Part shown: piece after piece, positions 61,755 through 64,000 of the stretch
Numbering within the stretch: position 1 is the stretch's first letter
Layout of the letters: each line of letters begins with the position of its first letter
From: Amphiscolops sp. MND2022
Lineage: Eukaryota
Direction: 5' to 3'
NCBI GenBank assembly: GCA_964187785.1
Contig: OZ076414.1
Coordinates: 62,001-126,000 of the forward strand
Length of the DNA stretch: 64,000 bases
The notes under the pieces: generated by a model
Database searches by the model: none
What the model was told of the DNA's origin: nothing
The model's input: the letters and a program-made list of their open reading frames with translations, nothing else
Translations under genes and position numbers: made by a program

Positions 61755-63498
61755 TGCGTTGACCCTCGTCTCGAGGCTACTCGTTTTTTTTTCGACTGCT
61801 CTAGATGTAGATGCTAGATTTTCGAAGTTTCATTCACTTCCAGAGCTACAGTATCGAGCGTTTTGCCGGAGAATGAGTCTAATTTTGAAGACAGGTTTTT
61901 GTTCATTTTAAGGATTTCTCTCTGTTCTGTTTCGGTGTCTTTTGTCCTTCTGCAAACAGTTTGTTCGATTTTTTCAGAGATCTCAGAGAAATCCTTTTCA
62001 GAGATACTTGGGGCGTTTTCAGTCTTTAGGCTTGTCGCTTCAGGTTCGTCTATCGAACTTGTCAGAGAATCTCTCTTTGCTTCTCTTTTAGATGTTCTAG
62101 TGAGTTTTCAAACTAGTGATTTTTTCAAACTAGTTTTTTTTAGAGTTTCAAACTAGTGATAGAAATTTAGTCTAGAAAATTCTGTAGAGTAGTGAAGAAA
62201 AATGAAAATTTCAAAGTTTATTCATTATCAGAACAGATGGCAATAGTTTCGCAAAAATACAAATATCACATGAAGTTTGTTTTCATTCGCCAGATATTTG
62301 TACTTTTTCGCTCCTGAGACCGGGGGGAAATACGCACACCTTCCACGCTTTGTTCAGCCCAGCAGGAAAACCGGAAGCTCAGTTCAGCTTTGTCGATCTC
62401 AGGCTCTCAGTTTGTTCATGCTTTCCGAGGAAACACGCGTCCACTACCTGCCTGAGTTGCGACCCCGCTTTCCTTTGCCTCCAATTCCCGTCTCTTCAAG
62501 ACAACGAAAATGAACTCGGCAGTGAAAGTTTGGGAATGAATCATCAAATTACAGTTGATGAAGGAAATTACAAATTGAGCTGGAGAACATTCAAGTTTAA
62601 CAAAGAACAAAATGTCCGTTGATTCAATTTAGCACCTCTACAAATACTGCAGGGTTATGATTTGCTTGGAAACGCTGGAATTTTAGGGTATAAACGACGA
62701 AAGTTAACGGGTGTTGCAACCTTGGCCCCAGGCCGATTGCCAGGCCATTCAACAATTAAACGTGGTTTACATGAAAAATAAGATTTTAACTACATGCAAT
62801 CAACAATCATCATTCGTAATCATGAGTATTGAGCTTCAGATTCAACAGGGAAAGAAGGATTATTAGTAGCAACAACGTTTTCCATTTCTACAGTGGATTT
62901 TAATAAACTTCATTCCAGGCCGCGTGCTGGGCCGCATCATAAGACATTTCAAAATTTACCACGAACATTTAGTTATTTAAACAATTACATCGTTTCAATT
63001 GTCTTTCTAAGGCATTAACAGGTTTAAATGTACTCCACGATAACGCATTTATTAATAAATACCAGCATACAGCACATTTTATTCCGAGCCCCTTGCTAAG
63101 CCGGCGCCTCGCTGCTCGAATTTGAGGCCGGCTGCCAGTCCGCGGTACTGCCATTTAATGTCTCAGGCCGCTTTGCTAGGCCGTGTGGTTCGATTGTTGT
63201 TAATTATATAGCACTGTACTATTACTATTATTTGCACATAACCTTCATATTGGTTAGTACACTGTATGTATGTATGTATATAATTGTAAATAATTATATA
63301 AATAAGAGTTTGTAGTCCTTTTTTAAATTATTATTTTAGCGCCGTTATTTTAGATTGTTCAACATAAATTAGTAATATATATCGCACGACGGTGGCATGT
63401 TGGTTGATTTAATTGTTTTCTTTCCTTCATTTCCCATTTCGTTCCCGTAGACTGGGTTCTTTGCATTGCATCTCTTACAGCTTAGCTGGGCTGTGACA
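61755..63498 (-). repeat. Candidate 5' LTR of Gypsy-2, with ~780 bp (62361-63137) absent from the other copy
   Basis: Similarity to 9785-10728, TG..CA ends, adjacent PBS-like site. Confidence 0.65.
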
Positions 63499-64000
63499 CC
63501 AACTTCTCGATGTTTGTTTTTCAAGGAGATTGTTCGTAGGAGATTATAGAGATGGGACGCCACCATGCATATTTGTTCTCAATTATAAACTTTCAACAGT
63601 TTGATTTGATTATAGATAGCTTCGAAGCAACAGTTGGAGGTATATTGCAATAGAGTTGAGAAAAAGGGTTTGAAGTCCGACGATCCTTTCAATTGTCAAC
63701 GTCGTTTGAGGTTTGGAAGACAACGAAACCTATAAGCATTTATAACCAAGGAAACAACAGCTACAACTTGCCGTTACAGTTATTTTTGTGACATCGCTTG
63801 TTTGTGCAAACTCCACAGTTTGTTTTCTGTCACTTGGAAAATTTTGAAACTTAGCATTTTGAAACATAGTAGGCTTTTCTTCATCGTCGCAGAACTTCCT
63901 GACGGTAAGTTGCGGCTGTTCAATACAGAACTTTGAGAGGAAATTAAAGTTTTGATTTGACGCAAAAGTTGGATCTTCTTTCGTGAAAAGAGTTCCAGGC

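Larger units (their letters stand above)
9785..63498 (-). mobile_element. Decayed Ty3/Gypsy element (Gypsy-2), host of the two DNA transposons
   Basis: pol at 15.8-20.3 kb; gag split between 60914-61754 and positions below 21307 and rejoining in frame. Similar TG..CA-bounded repeats at both ends. Flanks (ctgac vs ccaac) do not form a clean TSD, so pairing of the two LTRs is not proven. Confidence 0.6.

Noticed and set aside
9780-63503. TSD for Gypsy-2
   Set aside because: Flanks ctgac and ccaac match at only 3 of 5 positions; not accepted as evidence.
63499-64000. Right-flank ORFs
   Set aside because: Short, with no recognisable motif; left unannotated.

Overview
Eukaryotic, intron-containing, repeat-rich DNA with no evident host housekeeping gene; the host is probably an invertebrate animal but cannot be established from this window. 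The window is a stack of nested mobile elements. (1) 1-~9.2 kb: decayed Ty3/Gypsy retrotransposon (minus strand). (2) ~9.8-63.5 kb: a second decayed Gypsy element (minus strand, candidate LTRs 9785-10728 and 61755-63498) whose gag zinc knuckle is split by (3) a 39.6-kb cut-and-paste DNA transposon (21308-60913; perfect 22-bp TIR CATTACGACGCCAATCGGGGAA; 2-bp TT target duplication). This contains (4) a related 19.4-kb transposon (21918-41286; perfect 21-bp TIR CATTACAAGACACAACTTTCA; 2-bp AT target duplication). Both DNA transposons independently carry the same four-gene kit: a DDE transposase of the CACTA/Mirage/Chapaev-Transib/RAG1 group fused to a BRCT domain, a Tudor-like protein transcribed head-to-head with it, a SETD8/PR-Set7-like SET methyltransferase and a KDM2/KDM7-type JmjC demethylase. 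Each also has element-specific repeat arrays and motifs. The main finding is this apparent family of ~20-kb DNA transposons encoding their own histone-methylation writer, eraser and reader. All domain calls are by eye from motifs; no database search was run, so novelty is unverified. Coordinates other than TIRs, TSDs and stated splice sites are approximate.
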